Shown: positions 1-9,165, counted from the first letter of the stretch. The stretch: DNA of 64,000 nucleotides from Patescibacteria group bacterium (GCA_041659765.1 JBAZXR010000001.1:44537-108536), one strand, 5' to 3'. A program made the numbers and translations. The notes: generated by a model from the sequence alone, not told the origin.

Positions 1-42
1 GTTTTCACTTTTTAGTGGTTCTGGTATTCTTCGCCGTGAACT

Positions 43-561
43 ATGTCTAATCGTCACCTCGCCAGAACTATGGCGATGCAAGCTCTTTACGAATGGGATT
101 TCCGTGGCCGAGAACTCTCTCGCCTGCCGGAAATTATGAAGTTTGTTAAGGCTGAATTCGCGCCTGATTTTGACGATGGCGGATACGTAGAAAAACAGGT
201 GACGGATATTGTGAAGCGGATGGGGGAAATTGATGACATTTTGAATCGCTTTGCTCCAAACTGGACGGTGGACACCATGACGCTGATTGATAGGAACGTG
301 CTGCGTCTCGGTGTGTATGAATTAAAAATCGACGAGTCTATTCCGTCAAAGGTTGCCATTAACGAAGCTATTGAACTCGGTAAGACCTTTGGCGGAGATG
401 CTTCTGGTAAATTTGTGAACGGCGTGCTCGGTGCGATCTATAAAGATACAGTCGATAGTGGAATCGTGAAGCAGATCGACATTGACATGGAGAAGAAGAA
501 AGCGGCCGAGATGGTAGGGGCGACGCTTGCGACGCCCACAGAAACTGAGGACGCGGAATAA
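43..561 (+). CDS. nusB: Transcription antitermination factor NusB
   Basis: 172 aa; ARTMAMQALYEWDF and KVAINEAIELGKTFGG...KFVNGVL motifs are typical of NusB. Confidence 0.85.
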   Translation: MSNRHLARTMAMQALYEWDFRGRELSRLPEIMKFVKAEFAPDFDDGGYVEKQVTDIVKRMGEIDDILNRFAPNWTVDTMTLIDRNVLRLGVYELKIDESIPSKVAINEAIELGKTFGGDASGKFVNGVLGAIYKDTVDSGIVKQIDIDMEKKKAAEMVGATLATPTETEDAE

Positions 562-564
562 ATT

Positions 565-1257
565 ATGGAAAAAAACATCCAGGAATTGGCAGACAAGTTG
601 GAAATCCCATTTAAAGCCGACGGTCACCTCGAGCAATCTGTTGTACACCGTTCGTATTTGAACGAGCATCCTGATTTTCCGCTTGATCATAACGAACGAT
701 TGGAGTTTCTCGGAGACGCCGTGCTCGAGCTCGTCGTCACGGAGAACCTCTATATCAACCACCCGAATCCGGAAGGGGATTTGACCACCTGGCGTTCAGC
801 GCTCGTGAATGGGGATTCCTTGGGCGAAATTGCCCAGGCACTGGGTATTGAGCCATATCTATATTTGTCCAAGGGCGAAGAGAAGGACACGAACTCCAAA
901 GCCCGCAAGTATATTTTGGCGAATGCGATCGAGGCAATCATTGGCGCCATTTATTTGGACTTTGGCTGGGAGCTTTCGAAAACGTTCATCACTAAGAACG
1001 TTCTTTCGCATCTGCCTAACATTATTGAAAAGCGTTTGTTTGCGGATCCTAAGAGTGTGTTCCAGGAATCTTCCCAGTCCAAACTTGGCATTACACCAAG
1101 CTATAAAGTTTTGAGTGAAACCGGTCCCGACCACGCAAAAATCTTCGTCGTCGGCGCGTTTCTTGGCAAGGACCTCGTGGCTCAGGCCAACGGATCGAGC
1201 AAACAAGAAGCCCAGGTAGCCGCTGCTCAGGCGGCAATACAGGCAAAAGGGTGGTAG
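565..1257 (+). CDS. rnc: Ribonuclease III
   Basis: 230 aa; RNase III signature ERLEFLGDAVLELVVTE; C-terminal dsRBD-like region. Confidence 0.9.
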   Translation: MEKNIQELADKLEIPFKADGHLEQSVVHRSYLNEHPDFPLDHNERLEFLGDAVLELVVTENLYINHPNPEGDLTTWRSALVNGDSLGEIAQALGIEPYLYLSKGEEKDTNSKARKYILANAIEAIIGAIYLDFGWELSKTFITKNVLSHLPNIIEKRLFADPKSVFQESSQSKLGITPSYKVLSETGPDHAKIFVVGAFLGKDLVAQANGSSKQEAQVAAAQAAIQAKGW

Positions 1258-1337
1258 AAACAAAAGAGAGATATCTCGTTAAAATTTGAGTCGGATTACC
1301 TCCTAAAAATTTTACCAAAATATCTCTCTTTTGTTTC
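1257..1337. repeat. Intergenic hairpin repeat copy 1: 18-bp perfect stem (GAAACAAAAGAGAGATAT / ATATCTCTCTTTTGTTTC), 45-nt loop containing GAGTCGGATTACCTCCTAA
   Basis: Read directly: arms at 1257-1274 and 1320-1337. It is wedged between the rnc stop codon and the tRNA-Arg 3' end. The loop 19-mer recurs at 4 other loci. Confidence 0.8.
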
Positions 1338-1414
1338 TGGTGCGGTGTGAGGGATTCGAACCCCCGACCCTCTGCTTCGAAGGCAGATGCTCTATCCAGC
1401 TGAGCTAACACCGC
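1338..1414 (-). tRNA. tRNA-Arg (anticodon TCG)
   Basis: Reverse complement folds as a cloverleaf: acceptor GCGGTGT/ACACCGC, anticodon stem TCTGC/GCAGA, loop CTTCGAA, T-loop GGTTCGAATCC, 3' CCA encoded. Confidence 0.8.
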
Positions 1415-1481
1415 AGAACCACTGAATACTAGCAAAAATCTTGACCTCAGTCAAAGCATTTGGCATACTTTCCACCGTTAC

Positions 1482-1557
1482 GCATCGGTAGCTCAGTTGG
1501 TAGAGCAGTAGACTCTTAATCTATTGGTCGCGGGTTCGAGTCCCGCCCGGTGCACCA
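1482..1557 (+). tRNA. tRNA-Lys (anticodon CTT)
   Basis: GCATCGGTAGCTCAGTTGGTAGAGC...anticodon loop CTCTTAA...GGTTCGAGTCC...CCA; canonical cloverleaf. Confidence 0.85.
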
Positions 1558-1563
1558 CAAGCC

Positions 1564-1591
1564 GATCCCCGAAAGGGGGTCGTTTTGTTTT
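1564..1591 (+). terminator. Intrinsic terminator after tRNA-Lys
   Basis: GATCCCC-GAAA-GGGGGTC hairpin followed by GTTTTGTTTT. Confidence 0.6.
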
Positions 1592-1594
1592 CTG

Positions 1595-1600
1595 ATATAC
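1595..1600 (+). promoter_or_regulatory. -10-like TATACT about 10 nt upstream of the ATG at 1611 (leaderless-type promoter)
   Basis: TATACTgtacacaatATG; no Shine-Dalgarno sequence; the pattern recurs at several genes in this window. Confidence 0.35.
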
Positions 1601-1610
1601 TGTACACAAT

Positions 1611-1817
1611 ATGTCTCCACTTCTTTTAGTTGGTATCGTCCTGGCCGGTGTTCCCGCGCTTCTTATTCTGGGATTTGCGTCGTATATCTTTATCGGGTTC
1701 GTGACTGATGATAAAGACGCCAAGTCCATTTTCCAGCTTGCTCTGATTATTATGGGCATCGGCGTCGTGTTGATTATTGCCCACATTGCCGGAACCGTTA
1801 TCCAGGTGACACCGTAG
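1611..1817 (+). CDS. Small hydrophobic membrane protein (hypothetical)
   Basis: 68 aa with two predicted TM helices; lies between a terminator and proS. Confidence 0.5.
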   Translation: MSPLLLVGIVLAGVPALLILGFASYIFIGFVTDDKDAKSIFQLALIIMGIGVVLIIAHIAGTVIQVTP

Positions 1818-1843
1818 GGAAGGGGTGCTACCATCCTTTCACT

Positions 1844-3100
1844 ATGCGCTACTCCCAACTCTTTTCGAAATCTTCTAAGAACCGGCCTGGCGATGCGGAT
1901 TCCGTGAATGCGCGGTATCTGGTGCAGGGCGGATTTGTCCACCAGGAAATGGCCGGTGTTTATTCTTGGCTGCCACTCGGCTTGCGCGTTTTGCGTAACG
2001 TGGAAAAGATCGTACGTGAGGAGATGAACTCACTTGGCGGTCAGGAGATTTTGATGACTGCGCTCCAGCCTAAAGAGAACTGGCAGAAGACTAACCGTTG
2101 GGATTCAGTTGACGTGCTTTTTAAAGTTCCGAGCCAGACTGGTAAGGAATACGGTCTCGGCCCAACTGCTGAGGAGCTCGTCACTCCGCTAGTGCAGGAA
2201 TTCGTTAAGTCCTACAAAGACTTGCCGTTGGCTGTCTATCAAATTCAAACAAAGTTCCGCGATGAGCTCCGCGCCAAGAGCGGCGTGCTTCGTGGTCGAG
2301 AGTTCCTAATGAAGGACATGTACTCGTTCCATACATCCGTCGAGGATTTCGAACGCTTCTACGAACAGGCCAAGCAGGGATACCTGAAGGCCTACTCGCG
2401 AATGGGACTAGACGCGAAAGTTACCGAATCTTCCGGTGGTTCATTCTCGAAGAAAGCCTCTCATGAGTTCCAGGTTGAAACCCCTGCCGGCGAAGATGAT
2501 TTGATTCTCTGTCGCAACTGTTCGTTCGCTCAAAACACGGAGATCGCCACGGTAAAGGCCGGTGACGCCTGCCCAAACTGTAAGGGTGAGCTGGTCGCGA
2601 CAAAGGGGATAGAGGTTGGAAACATTTTTGATTTGTCCGACAGATTCTCTAAAGACTTTAACTTTGTGGTGCAGGGCGAAGACGGAAAGTCTATGCCGAT
2701 TCTCATGGGCTGTTACGGCATTGGCGTGTCTCGACTCGTTGGCGCTATTGTCGAAGCTTCCCATGACGATAAGGGAATTATTTGGCCGAAGGCTGTGGCT
2801 CCATTTGCCGTAAACTTGGTTACGCTAAACGCCAAGAGCGCCGAGGTTCAGAAATCAGTCGATGAGGCTGCTGAGAAGCTGTACGTCGAGCTTTCCGGAA
2901 AGGGGATTGACGTTCTTTGGGATGACCGCGAGGGCGTTGCCCCTGGGGCGAAGTTCGCCGACGCTGATCTTGTGGGTATCCCGGTGCGGGTAGTGATTTC
3001 TGAGAAGTCTCTCGCTGCTGGTGGCGCAGAATGGAAGGAGCGCGCAGGTGGGGAGGCTAAGATTGTGCCTCTGGACGATGTGCTTACAGCCCTTAAGTAA
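1844..3100 (+). CDS. proS: Proline--tRNA ligase
   Basis: 418 aa; YLVQGGFVHQEMAGVYSWLPLGLRVL and class II aaRS motifs of ProRS. Confidence 0.9.
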   Translation: MRYSQLFSKSSKNRPGDADSVNARYLVQGGFVHQEMAGVYSWLPLGLRVLRNVEKIVREEMNSLGGQEILMTALQPKENWQKTNRWDSVDVLFKVPSQTGKEYGLGPTAEELVTPLVQEFVKSYKDLPLAVYQIQTKFRDELRAKSGVLRGREFLMKDMYSFHTSVEDFERFYEQAKQGYLKAYSRMGLDAKVTESSGGSFSKKASHEFQVETPAGEDDLILCRNCSFAQNTEIATVKAGDACPNCKGELVATKGIEVGNIFDLSDRFSKDFNFVVQGEDGKSMPILMGCYGIGVSRLVGAIVEASHDDKGIIWPKAVAPFAVNLVTLNAKSAEVQKSVDEAAEKLYVELSGKGIDVLWDDREGVAPGAKFADADLVGIPVRVVISEKSLAAGGAEWKERAGGEAKIVPLDDVLTALK

Positions 3101-3180
3101 ACGAAATCAAAATACTCCGTTCGGAACTGGAGTCGGATTACCTCCTAACAGTTCCTCGCGGAGTATTTTGTTTTCGTTTA
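3098..3180. repeat. Intergenic hairpin repeat copy 2: 22-bp stem (1 mismatch), loop with inner stem and GAGTCGGATTACCTCCTAA
   Basis: Arms at 3098-3119 (TAAACGAAATCAAAATACTCCG) and 3159-3180; starts at the proS stop codon. Confidence 0.8.
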
Positions 3181-3218
3181 CTTGTGGTAGAGTATTAATG
3201 TTTACCTTTGGAGGAAAC

Positions 3219-3488
3219 GTGGCAGAGTATCAATTTACCGTTGATCGGACCCTGGAGTTTGGCCGGGGTACAACCCGGCCACCGCCTAGGTTGGCAGCGT
3301 CGTCTGAGTTCATGGCCGCAGTGCATGTTTTGACCTTTCGGGTTACGGCCCTCGGGTGGGAGCACGCTTACATAGAGCGTCTACTGCATCGCCAGGTCTT
3401 TGACCAGCGGGAAGAGCGCGTGGTTGAGGCGTGGAAGAAAGTCCGCGTGGTGGGCGCAAACGTGCTTTCGGAGCAAGCTCCACTGTGA
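3219..3488 (+). CDS. Hypothetical protein (89 aa) in a GC-rich patch; coding status uncertain
   Basis: GTG start 5 nt after GGAGG; the ORF ends just before the hup hairpin terminator. No recognisable family. Could instead be a noncoding structured region. Confidence 0.3.
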   Translation: MAEYQFTVDRTLEFGRGTTRPPPRLAASSEFMAAVHVLTFRVTALGWEHAYIERLLHRQVFDQREERVVEAWKKVRVVGANVLSEQAPL

Positions 3489-3507
3489 ATACCGTTGTCA
3501 GAACGTA

Positions 3508-3541
3508 AAAGTCCCGCACCATTCTACAGGCGCGGGACTTT
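3508..3541. terminator. Hairpin terminator between convergent genes (serves hup on the minus strand)
   Basis: AAAGTCCCGC...GCGGGACTTT 10-bp stem; U-tract on the minus strand. Confidence 0.55.
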
Positions 3542-3553
3542 CTAAATTTGTTT

Positions 3554-3871
3554 TTAGGAGGCGTTAGCTACTGGTGCCGACTTACTCATGTTGGTCTTCT
3601 TTAAAGCGTCCTTCAGACCCTTACCAGCTTTGAACTTAGGCACGCGGACTTCTGGCACACGGATCTTTTCCGTTGGGTTCCGTGGGTTCACGCCCATGCG
3701 AGCGGAACGTGTGCGAGCAGAGAAGGTACCGAAGCCAGCAATCGTTACTTCATCGCCTGCTACGAGCGCCTGCACAACTAGCTGTTCAAAGTTCTCAATG
3801 AGATCTTCGGCTAGCTTTTTAGGGATATCCAAGCGCTCTGAGAGCTTAAGGGACAGTTCAGCTTTGTTCAT
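3554..3871 (-). CDS. hup: DNA-binding protein HU
   Basis: 105 aa; GFGTFSARTR...RNPRTGE-like arm motif of HU/IHF family. Confidence 0.85.
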   Translation of the reverse strand: MNKAELSLKLSERLDIPKKLAEDLIENFEQLVVQALVAGDEVTIAGFGTFSARTRSARMGVNPRNPTEKIRVPEVRVPKFKAGKGLKDALKKTNMSKSAPVANAS

Positions 3872-3912
3872 AATGCGCTTATGTTAGCGGAGTATGAGAA
3901 TGCCGTCAAGTA

Positions 3913-5439
3913 TTACCTAGCAAACTCGATTACCCGAGTCTCGCGGATAACGGTCACTTTGACCTCGCCTGGGTAGGTCAGCTCGCTTTCAATCTTCTTA
4001 GCAATATCGCGAGCCAGCTCATGGGCCTTGAAGTCATCTATCTCGCCCGGCTGAACGAATACACGCACTTCACGGCCCGCCTGAATGGCGTAGGCCTTCT
4101 CAACTCCTGGGAAGCCAGCGGCCGTCATTTCCAGGTTCTGGAGGCGTTGGAGGTACTCTTCTACAGAGTTACGGCGAGCACCCGGGCGAGCGCCTGAGAT
4201 GGCGTCAGCGGCTTTCACAACCACGCCCTCGATGGTTCTTGGTTTGTCCTCATGATGAGCGATTGACTGGTAGCACAGCTCCTCTGGAAAGCCGAACTTT
4301 TTCATGATGTTGTAACCAATCTGTGGATGAGAACCCTGCATGTCATGGTCAACGGCCTTGCCAATATCATGGAATAACCCGCCTTTCTTGAGCGGGAAGG
4401 GATCCATGCCGAGCTCCTCGCCGATCATGCCGGAGATGCGGGCAACCTCGATTGAGTGCTGGAGTACGTTCTGTCCGTAGCTCGTGCGGTACTTGAGGCG
4501 ACCAAGGATAGAGACGAGCTTAGGATCGATCGATGAAACAGGAATGCCGAGCTCGTACAACGCATCTTCACCGGCTTTCTTCATTTCTTTAGCTAGGTCG
4601 TTCTTGGATTCTTTAACGGCATCTTCAATCTTAGCTGGTTGGATTCGACCATCTTTCATTAGGATCTCGAGCGCGCGCTTGGCTACTTGGCGGCGAACGG
4701 GGGAGAAGCCGGAGATGGTGATCATGCCCGGAGTGTCGTCAACGATAAGTTCACAGCCCGTGAGGTGCTCAATTGCTTTAATGTTGCGGCCTTCTTTGCC
4801 GATGATACGACCCTTAAAGTCCTCGGACGGGAGATCGACGAACGTGGTGGCAGAATCTACGACCTGGCTCGACGCAAAACGCTGAATAACAAGAGAGAGC
4901 ACTTTGCGTGCGTGGTTCTCTAGTTCTTCTTCTGTGTGCTGGTCGTACTTGCGGATCAAGCTCATGAGCGCATCCTGCTTGTCTTCTTCAACTCGCTTCA
5001 TGATCACTTCGAGTGCTGCCTCTTTACCCATGCCAGCCACTTCCTCAAGTTTCAATTCGGCAGCTTGGCGAACCTCGTCAATCTTGGCCTTAGCAGCCTC
5101 AAGCTTGCCTTTATAGTCATCAAGCTGGAGCTTGCGAGTCTCAAAATCCAAGAGCGTCTTATCAAAAAGCTGCTCGCGGTCAGCGAGACGGTCATGCATG
5201 GACTTAACGTCACGTTCCTTAACTTGCAACTCCTTTTTGCCCTCCTCAACGTAGGCCAGGGCCTTCTCTTTAGCCTCAATGATGATTCGTTGTTCCTGTT
5301 CTTTAGCCTGTTCTAATACTTTTACAGCACGTGCCTCGGCGGAGTTTGTTTGATTTTTGACAATGTTGGCGCGGATTAAATATCCACCAAGACTACCAAG
5401 GATCAACCCCCCGAGAGCAAGAATAAGGGGGATAAGCAT
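3913..5439 (-). CDS. rny: Ribonuclease Y
   Basis: 508 aa; N-terminal TM, coiled coil, KH (GRIIGKEGRNIKAIE) and HD domains. Confidence 0.9.
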   Translation of the reverse strand: MLIPLILALGGLILGSLGGYLIRANIVKNQTNSAEARAVKVLEQAKEQEQRIIIEAKEKALAYVEEGKKELQVKERDVKSMHDRLADREQLFDKTLLDFETRKLQLDDYKGKLEAAKAKIDEVRQAAELKLEEVAGMGKEAALEVIMKRVEEDKQDALMSLIRKYDQHTEEELENHARKVLSLVIQRFASSQVVDSATTFVDLPSEDFKGRIIGKEGRNIKAIEHLTGCELIVDDTPGMITISGFSPVRRQVAKRALEILMKDGRIQPAKIEDAVKESKNDLAKEMKKAGEDALYELGIPVSSIDPKLVSILGRLKYRTSYGQNVLQHSIEVARISGMIGEELGMDPFPLKKGGLFHDIGKAVDHDMQGSHPQIGYNIMKKFGFPEELCYQSIAHHEDKPRTIEGVVVKAADAISGARPGARRNSVEEYLQRLQNLEMTAAGFPGVEKAYAIQAGREVRVFVQPGEIDDFKAHELARDIAKKIESELTYPGEVKVTVIRETRVIEFAR

Positions 5440-5468
5440 AATTTAGTTCTACGAGATCGGTCTTACGC

Positions 5469-6134
5469 CTAGGAGGGTAACACGGGAGAGGTCAGCTCGC
5501 CAAGCGTTTTTGCAGAGGTTACTGAAAATTCCCCGATTTTCGTTCGGCGAAGGCTTGAAACATATCCAGTTGTCCCCAGGAGTATCCCCAGGTCTCTCGC
5601 GAGCGCGCGAATGTAGGTGCCAGACGAACAGAAGATGCGAACCTTGATCATGACTGGCCAGGTCGTTAAATTCGGCTCGCCGAGCAACTCGAAGGAGTGA
5701 ACCGTGAGCTGTCGCGGGGCGACTTCGATGGTCTTTCCTTGACGGGCTAGATTATAGAGTTTTTGTCCGCCGACCTTAATGGCCGAGTGCATGGGGGGGA
5801 TTTGTGAGATTTCGCCGGTCAGCTTTTTCATGGCATCGAGGATCATCTGTTGGTCGATAGAGACAGCAGGCGAGGGAATGACGGCCCCTTCTGGGTCGAG
5901 CGTGTCCGTAGTTGCCCCAATTACAAACTCGGCCTCGTATTCCTTATCCATACCAAGATATGTCGAAAGCTGTTTGGTACAGTCCCGGCCCACGCCCACG
6001 ATTAAAAGCCCTGTGGCAAAGGGGTCGAGCGTGCCGGCATGGCCAACAGTCCGTTCGCCAGTGATTTTGCGGACTTTGTCGACGACATCATGAGAGGTGA
6101 TACCGGCGGGTTTATCGATTAGGAGGAAGGGCAT
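5469..6134 (-). CDS. truB: tRNA pseudouridine(55) synthase TruB
   Basis: 221 aa; LLIDKPAGITSHDVV...HAGTLDP motif. Confidence 0.9.
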   Translation of the reverse strand: MPFLLIDKPAGITSHDVVDKVRKITGERTVGHAGTLDPFATGLLIVGVGRDCTKQLSTYLGMDKEYEAEFVIGATTDTLDPEGAVIPSPAVSIDQQMILDAMKKLTGEISQIPPMHSAIKVGGQKLYNLARQGKTIEVAPRQLTVHSFELLGEPNLTTWPVMIKVRIFCSSGTYIRALARDLGILLGTTGYVSSLRRTKIGEFSVTSAKTLGELTSPVLPS

Positions 6135-6231
6135 AGGATACGGTGGATTACGGTATTCGACTCTGAGCGCAGGCGAAGAGTCTAGAGGTGGGCTATTGGA
6201 TTCCGAGAGTATGCCAGACTTTCTAGAAATA

Positions 6232-6257
6232 ACGAGATCCGCCCCCGGAGGAGCGGA
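6232..6257 (-). terminator. Hairpin terminator downstream of the NUDIX gene
   Basis: AGATCCGC-ccccggagga-GCGGATCT 8-bp stem. Confidence 0.45.
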
Positions 6258-6276
6258 TCTTAGACGAGAGCGTTCT

Positions 6277-6744
6277 TTACCGCCATGCCATGTATAGCCG
6301 GGCGATATCGAGCGCGATATTCTGAAATTCTTTGTCCTTCGCCTTTTCCATGTTTACCCATTCAGCAGGCCCTTCTTCAGGGTCTTCCCTGCTGATCTGC
6401 CAATCGCCGTCTACTTCTGCGGTGTAGATCAGCAGATGGACGTGGTAGGCCTTTTGGGTTGGATCGTAGTATGCGAAGTTCTCGAACATCTTCCAGAAGT
6501 TCACATTTTTGAGCTTGAGGCCGGTTTCTTCGAAGACTTCCCGAACCACTGCGTGTCCGGCAGATTCACCGGGTTCGATCCCGCCACCCGGCAAGAACAA
6601 CTTGCCGGTAAGCTTCATACGTATCAATAGAAGCCGATGCCCGCGTCGGACGAGCGCATACGCACTCGGCCGGAACTCCAGCTCATCCACGGGAACCTCG
6701 ATATAGCCACCCAACACACGCACACACTGAACGGTCTTTCCCAC
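6277..6744 (-). CDS. NUDIX hydrolase
   Basis: 155 aa; Nudix box GGGIEPGESAGHAVVREVFEETGL. Confidence 0.8.
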   Translation of the reverse strand: MGKTVQCVRVLGGYIEVPVDELEFRPSAYALVRRGHRLLLIRMKLTGKLFLPGGGIEPGESAGHAVVREVFEETGLKLKNVNFWKMFENFAYYDPTQKAYHVHLLIYTAEVDGDWQISREDPEEGPAEWVNMEKAKDKEFQNIALDIARLYMAWR

Positions 6745-6816
6745 GTTTTCTCCAAAACAAGGCCTTTTTTGTACTGCTCTTTTACTGAACGGTCAATTGC
6801 GCTATTAATACCCGGT

Positions 6817-7365
6817 ATGACTTACAAAATAATTGTCTACGGTCTTCCTGGGGCGGGGAAGGATACGCAGTGCGAATTACTCGCCAATATTCTTGGAATT
6901 CCGCACTTTTCTACGGGGCAGATTTTGCGGGATGAGATTGCCAAGGGGAGCGAGCTAGGCCTGCTCGTAAAACCCTATGTCGAGTCTGGAACCATGATCC
7001 CCAAGGGCGTGGCCACTGACATCTACAAAGACAAACTATTGTCCCCAGAAATTCAGAAGAGTGGATATATTGTGAATGGTTACCCCAGATCTGTGGATTC
7101 GTTGAAGACATATCTCGAGTTCGAGAAGCCAACGCATTTTATTCACCTAATTATTCCTGACGAGCTGGCTCGCCAACGTCTATCTGCTCGTGGCCGAGGT
7201 GATGATGTCTCTGAAGTGATCGAAACCCGTCTTCGCCGCTATTACGAAACCGAGAAAGCGGCGGCGGATTATGCTCGAGAGCATTCGACGGTTCAATTTA
7301 TCGAAATCAGCAGCTCAGCCTCCCCGGATGAGGTCACTAAAGTGCTCCTCGAACGTCTTAAATAG
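6817..7365 (+). CDS. Adenylate kinase-family NMP kinase (second, non-canonical paralog)
   Basis: P-loop GLPGAGKDTQ and GYIVNGYPRS (GFPR-like) motif. Start set at the ATG at 6817, because the longer listed ORF overlaps the divergent NUDIX gene. TATTAA box 10 nt upstream. Confidence 0.7.
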   Translation: MTYKIIVYGLPGAGKDTQCELLANILGIPHFSTGQILRDEIAKGSELGLLVKPYVESGTMIPKGVATDIYKDKLLSPEIQKSGYIVNGYPRSVDSLKTYLEFEKPTHFIHLIIPDELARQRLSARGRGDDVSEVIETRLRRYYETEKAAADYAREHSTVQFIEISSSASPDEVTKVLLERLK

Positions 7366-7367
7366 CT

Positions 7368-8183
7368 ATGCCCGAGCTCCCAGAGGTAGAAACAATCAAG
7401 CGTCAATTGAATGAACGCTTGGCCGGGCGAGTCATTTCGGGCGTAGAAATCTGGAAGACTGGTCGGGAGACTCCAAGCGGGAAAAGATTCGAGAAGAAGG
7501 TGGTAGGTGGTCGGTTGTTGGCCGTTGGAAGAAGAGCAAAACTTTTGATTTTTAAATTTGCTGACGGGACGGCGATAATTGGCCACTTGAAGATGACGGG
7601 TAAGTTTTTGTTTGTTGATAAAAAATATATTAGGCAGAAACACGACCGAATACTTTTTGTATTCGACGGGGGCAAAGAGAGGGTGGTGTGGTCTGATGTG
7701 CGGACTTTTGGGTATCTGAAATATGTGTCGGCGAAGGGCCTTGAAGAGGTGCTGTCGAAGTATGGTCCAGAGCCACTCGAGACACCAGTTAAGGTACTTG
7801 CTGAGTGCTTGAAAACCCCGGCCTCAAGAACCGTCAAAGCTGCGCTGTTAAACCAGGAATGTATTGCTGGCGTGGGCAATATCTACGCGGATGAGGCCTG
7901 TCACCGGACCGGGATTAGACCCACTAGACGGCTTTCGACTTTGACCGAAAAAGATCGAGTAACTTTGATCAAGGAAGTGCAAAAGATTCTGCTCAAGTCG
8001 ATTGAGCTAAACGGGACCACCGCCAACGATTACGCGGATACTAATGGTGCTCAAGGCGGTTTTTCCGCTTTGTTAAAAGTTTATGGTCGCGAGCAAGAGC
8101 CATGTAAGAAATGTAAAACGCCAATTAAGAAAATAGCGCTGGCTGGACGCGGCACGCATTATTGTCCCAGCTGTCAGAAATAA
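7368..8183 (+). CDS. mutM: Formamidopyrimidine-DNA glycosylase
   Basis: 271 aa; N-terminal MPELPEVE, C-terminal zinc finger CKKC...CPSC. Confidence 0.9.
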   Translation: MPELPEVETIKRQLNERLAGRVISGVEIWKTGRETPSGKRFEKKVVGGRLLAVGRRAKLLIFKFADGTAIIGHLKMTGKFLFVDKKYIRQKHDRILFVFDGGKERVVWSDVRTFGYLKYVSAKGLEEVLSKYGPEPLETPVKVLAECLKTPASRTVKAALLNQECIAGVGNIYADEACHRTGIRPTRRLSTLTEKDRVTLIKEVQKILLKSIELNGTTANDYADTNGAQGGFSALLKVYGREQEPCKKCKTPIKKIALAGRGTHYCPSCQK

Positions 8184-8185
8184 GG

Positions 8186-8225
8186 ACACCGCCCGTCCCG
8201 TGCGCGGGAGGGCGGTGTTTGTTTC
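8186..8225 (+). terminator. Nested hairpin terminator after mutM
   Basis: ACACCGCCC...GGGCGGTGT stem with inner TCCCG/CGGGA, then TTGTTTC. Confidence 0.6.
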
Positions 8226-8680
8226 AGGCTTGAGCCTGATGTGCGGCTTCGATGGGGTCTACCGCTTCGGAGCGCGGAGCGGCGGGGTAGAGGTTTTCCA
8301 TTTCGCGCTTGAGCTTCTCGAGGACTTTGGTGAACAGGTCTTCCACCACGAACGGCACCTGGAGTTCCAGTCCGTCCTTAGCCCTGGCTTCGTCCTTCAG
8401 GTATCGGCTGATGCCGGGGCCGGATTGGTAGGCCAGGCCGCGGATGAGTTCGTCCCAGGCTTTCTTCACGCATTCATCGGAGAACTGATCGGTGGTGTCC
8501 AGACGCCAAGAGGTGATTTGGACTTCGCGGCCGTTCCAGTTGAAGCTGAGTTCCTGCAGGTAGACGGGCTTTTGGTCTCCTTTGTGTTCGAAATAACCCT
8601 GGTGGACTGAGGCCGAGCCTTCGACCTTGTGGGAGTGGTCGATTGTTTCGGAGAATGCAGACACGGAGAGCGGTGGCATG
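8224..8680 (-). CDS. Hypothetical protein (152 aa), GC-rich island gene
   Basis: ATG preceded by GAGGAG; local GC about 60% against a 45-50% background; no recognisable family. Confidence 0.45.
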
Positions 8681-8759
8681 GGACTCCTCGGGGGGGCGGG
8701 GACTCTATAACACAACACGGCCCCCGGTGAAAAGGGCCGTGCACGGTATGGTCGCGTGA

Positions 8760-9122
8760 TCACTTGAGGATGTCCGCTGCGCGGTCACGCCTCTTTAAGA
8801 ACTGCCTGACCAGATCGATGATAGCGTTCTGGATTTCCATGACGCTGTCTGAGGCCCGTCGCCACATAAAATCGCTCTGGACGGTTTGGTTGACCACTTC
8901 GTCTGTCAGCCAGTCGGCAATGCCGCTGGGCGTTTCCTGGGGCCCGGATTCGAGAGTGATCTCATCCGACCCTGGGTCATCGGCATCGTATCCGTAGCAC
9001 AGGTCAATCATCTTCACTTTGGCGGCTGTTTGCTCCGGATTCACAAGGAGCGCACACATATACCGGCCGTCGCCGGCCGTGAACCGTTCTTCTTTGGGTT
9101 CGCTGTCGGGGTCGTCAGGCAT
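8760..9122 (-). CDS. Hypothetical acidic protein (120 aa), GC-rich island gene
   Basis: ATG preceded by AAAGGAGG; co-oriented with and immediately upstream of the 8224-8680 gene. Confidence 0.45.
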   Translation of the reverse strand: MPDDPDSEPKEERFTAGDGRYMCALLVNPEQTAAKVKMIDLCYGYDADDPGSDEITLESGPQETPSGIADWLTDEVVNQTVQSDFMWRRASDSVMEIQNAIIDLVRQFLKRRDRAADILK

Positions 9123-9165
9123 GGTGCCTCCTTTGTGGTTCCACCTTAACCTTAGCGAAAAATCC

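Noticed and set aside
87-1435. Antisense and alternative-frame ORFs within nusB/rnc (e.g. 87-359 minus, 346-762 minus, 809-1114 plus, 859-1263 minus, 1091-1435 minus)
   Set aside because: They overlap confidently identified genes on the other strand or frame. The last one runs across the tRNA-Arg gene. No RBS or homology.
3190-3500. Considered RNase P RNA or tmRNA for the GC-rich region between proS and hup
   Set aside because: No P4-type motifs (GGAAAGUCCGGGC, ACAGAANCCGGCUUA) on either strand. The GAAAGTCCGCG strings belong to a simple terminator hairpin. No tag-peptide frame ending in Ala-Ala-stop and no tRNA-like 3' end with CCA. Left as hypothetical ORF or unassigned.
6637-6816. Upstream extension of the AK-like ORF to 6637
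   Set aside because: It overlaps the convergently annotated NUDIX gene on the opposite strand. The conserved P-loop begins right after the ATG at 6817, which also has a -10-like box in front.
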